From positions 1-5,991 of the forward strand of contig PWLL01000057.1 of NCBI GenBank assembly GCA_003559395.1: a stretch of 5,991 bases of DNA, read 5' to 3'. The position numbers were made by a program, and so were the translations under genes. The stretch is from Candidatus Iainarchaeum sp. (lineage in GTDB: Archaea > Iainarchaeota > Iainarchaeia > Iainarchaeales > CSSED10-239). The notes under the pieces are model-generated. The model ran no database searches and was not told the origin of the DNA. It saw only the letters and a list, made by a program, of their open reading frames with translations. Each line of letters begins with the position of its first letter. Position 1 is the stretch's first letter. Positions 4,794 through 5,991 of the stretch are shown here, piece after piece.

Positions 4794-4856
4794 ATGAATT
4801 ATAAACTTCTTTTTGTTGGAGTATTATTCTTGTTTTTAATAGGAAGCGTACACGCT
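4794..4856 (+). other. Predicted Sec-type signal peptide (aa 1-21, cleavage after VHA)
   Basis: Lys at position 4, hydrophobic core LLFVGVLFLFLIG, and small residues at -3/-1 (V-H-A) before SLTDD. Confidence 0.7.
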
Positions 4857-5991
4857 AGTTTAACAGACGACTTGGTTTCTTATTATAAATTAGATGGAAC
4901 AACAGGTGTTGTTGTAGACGAACTTGGAACTAATGACGGAACTAATTATGGTGCAACACGAGGAGTAACAGGAATAATTAATAATGCTTTTGAATTTGAC
5001 GGAACAAATGATTATGTTATAAGTGATTTTGATTTAGATGATTATCCTTTTAGTTTTTCTGGATGGTTTTATATACCCGAAGGAAGTAGTGGTGGTGTAG
5101 TTATGACTATTTCAGATATAACAGCACCTAATAGACATGTATATATTAGTGCTTCTGAAATTAATGAAACAATAACATTATTAGTAAGAATGGATCCATC
5201 TGGATCAGAAGAATATGCATATATAATAAAAGATATTGAGAGTATAAATCTTGTTGAAAAATGGATTCATGTAACAGGTGTTTGGGTGAGTTCAAGTGAA
5301 AGGTATTTATATGTTAATGGAGAAATTGTGACTGGTGGAGATGATACTAAACAAACTAATTCATTTAATACTAATATAAACAAATTTGTTCTTGGCAGAA
5401 GATATACTAGTTATGGAACCCAAAATTATTTTGATGGTAAAATAGACGAGGTTGGTATTTGGTCTCGTGCTTTAACAAGCAATGAAATAACAACTTTATA
5501 TAATAGTGGTTCAGGTTTAACATATCCTTTTACTGAGGTTAATGCTAATTTTGATTTTAGTTTAAATTACGAAACAGCAACTGCGACTTTAACAGATACC
5601 TCGACTACAACAGATGCTGTTGAAATTACTAATTGGTTATGGACAATAGACGGAAACACTTTATCAACAGACCAAAACACTAGTTTTGTTTTCACAGCAA
5701 ACACAGATTATAACATAGGATTATTTGTTGATACAAACGTTCCTGATTTAAATTCACAAATATATAAAACAATTAGTATTCCTGGAACAGCAAACTTTAC
5801 TTTTTATGATGAAGACACAGAAGCACTACTAAACGATGTTGTTTACACTATTAGTCCAAGCATTAATGGTGTTAGTGGGGGAACACTAACAGACACAAAC
5901 ACACTAGACTTAAACTTGCAAGGAATAACAAGCCAAGAATACACTTTTACATTTAGCAAAGAAAACTACGGAACAAGAACCTACCAAACCA
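4794..5991 (+). CDS. Secreted LamG (concanavalin A-like lectin) / PKD-like / beta-sandwich surface protein, 3'-truncated by the window edge
   Basis: Translated by hand: 399 codons without a stop, from ATG 4794 to the window end. It is missing from the ORF track because no stop lies in the window. It has a strong SD. N-terminus MNYKLLFVGVLFLFLIGSVHA|SL. It then shows Laminin_G_3 hallmarks: LVSYYKLDG..DELGTNDGTNYGA...AFEFDGTNDYV ... YFDGKIDEVGIWSRALTSNEITTLYN. Confidence 0.92.
   Translation, partial: MNYKLLFVGVLFLFLIGSVHASLTDDLVSYYKLDGTTGVVVDELGTNDGTNYGATRGVTGIINNAFEFDGTNDYVISDFDLDDYPFSFSGWFYIPEGSSGGVVMTISDITAPNRHVYISASEINETITLLVRMDPSGSEEYAYIIKDIESINLVEKWIHVTGVWVSSSERYLYVNGEIVTGGDDTKQTNSFNTNINKFVLGRRYTSYGTQNYFDGKIDEVGIWSRALTSNEITTLYNSGSGLTYPFTEVNANFDFSLNYETATATLTDTSTTTDAVEITNWLWTIDGNTLSTDQNTSFVFTANTDYNIGLFVDTNVPDLNSQIYKTISIPGTANFTFYDEDTEALLNDVVYTISPSINGVSGGTLTDTNTLDLNLQGITSQEYTFTFSKENYGTRTYQT
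4860..5531 (+). other. LamG / Laminin_G_3 (concanavalin A-like lectin/glucanase fold) domain, aa ~23-246
   Basis: The motif pattern typical of PF13385-type domains is present. It opens with L..YY.LDG, then G.NDGT..GA and A..FDG..DYV. It continues with W.H..GV, LY.NG and FDG.IDEV.IW.RALT..EI..LY. Recognised by eye; no HMM was run. Confidence 0.8.
5538..5783 (+). other. PKD-like Ig-fold domain, aa ~249-330
   Basis: ANFDFSLNYETATATLTDTSTTTDAVEITNWLWTIDGNTLSTDQNTSFVFTANTDYNIGLFVDTN..SQIYKTISI follows the PKD pattern: A.F...(strand).F.D.S......W.W.FGDG......H.F...G.Y.V.L.V.D......I.V. The core here reads W-L-W-T-I-D-G, a degenerate form of the WDFGDG core. Confidence 0.55.
5784..5991 (+). other. 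Start of a further beta-sandwich domain (carboxypeptidase-regulatory-like pattern), truncated
   Basis: FTFYDEDTEALLNDVVYTISPSINGVSGGTLTDTNTLDLNLQGITSQEYTFTFSKENYGTRTY resembles the V.D..T..PL..A.V......TD.NG...L..L..G.Y...S..GY pattern. This is a weak call made by eye. Confidence 0.3.

Noticed and set aside
4714-4797. 27-codon ORF (MVGRPFAGKKKKVFFEETESFVKEDSL) ending in the ATGA overlap with the LamG gene
   Set aside because: It has no SD or plausible leaderless promoter geometry. It contains the T8 tract and the LamG gene's own SD, and it is too short to evaluate. It is kept only as a note under the ATGAATT finding.
1-5991. CRISPR arrays, tRNA/rRNA genes, IS elements or terminal inverted repeats
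   Set aside because: I saw no regularly spaced direct repeats, no cloverleaf-compatible segments, no transposase- or integrase-like ORF, and no long inverted repeats in either strand.

Overview
AT-rich window with every credible gene on the + strand. I saw no rRNA, tRNA, CRISPR array, IS element, integrase, or any enzymatic or housekeeping signature. Gene order: (1) the 3' end of an acidic protein with a coiled-coil C-terminus, open to the left window edge (2..412). (2) A 202-nt AT-rich spacer with TATA-like boxes. (3) A 1148-aa mosaic protein (615..4061): G/S-rich N-terminus, K/E/Q coiled-coil region, glycine-zipper hydrophobic segment, V/K/T/G-rich half, in-frame VDRL repeat array, proline hinge and basic tail. 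(4) A 46-aa strongly basic ORF (4037..4177) that is absent from the ORF track and bridges the giant gene to the next one. (5, 6) Two tandem paralogous two-transmembrane mini-proteins (4174..4383 and 4380..4637), joined by ATGA start/stop overlaps. (7) Oligo-T terminator-like tracts and a (GT)6 tract. (8) The 5' part of a secreted LamG-PKD-beta-sandwich protein (4794..>5991), also absent from the ORF track because it runs off the window. My best reading, which is inference and not proven, is a virion/host-recognition module of an uncharacterised mobile element. It most resembles spindle-shaped (fusello-like) archaeal viruses: paired small hydrophobic capsid-like paralogues, a small basic protein, a large fibre-like or membrane-active protein, and a LamG adhesin. 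The main alternative is a tape-measure plus holin region of a tailed virus. Expression signals (TATA boxes, hairpin-poor oligo-T tracts, strong Shine-Dalgarno sites) lean archaeal but do not decide the host domain.
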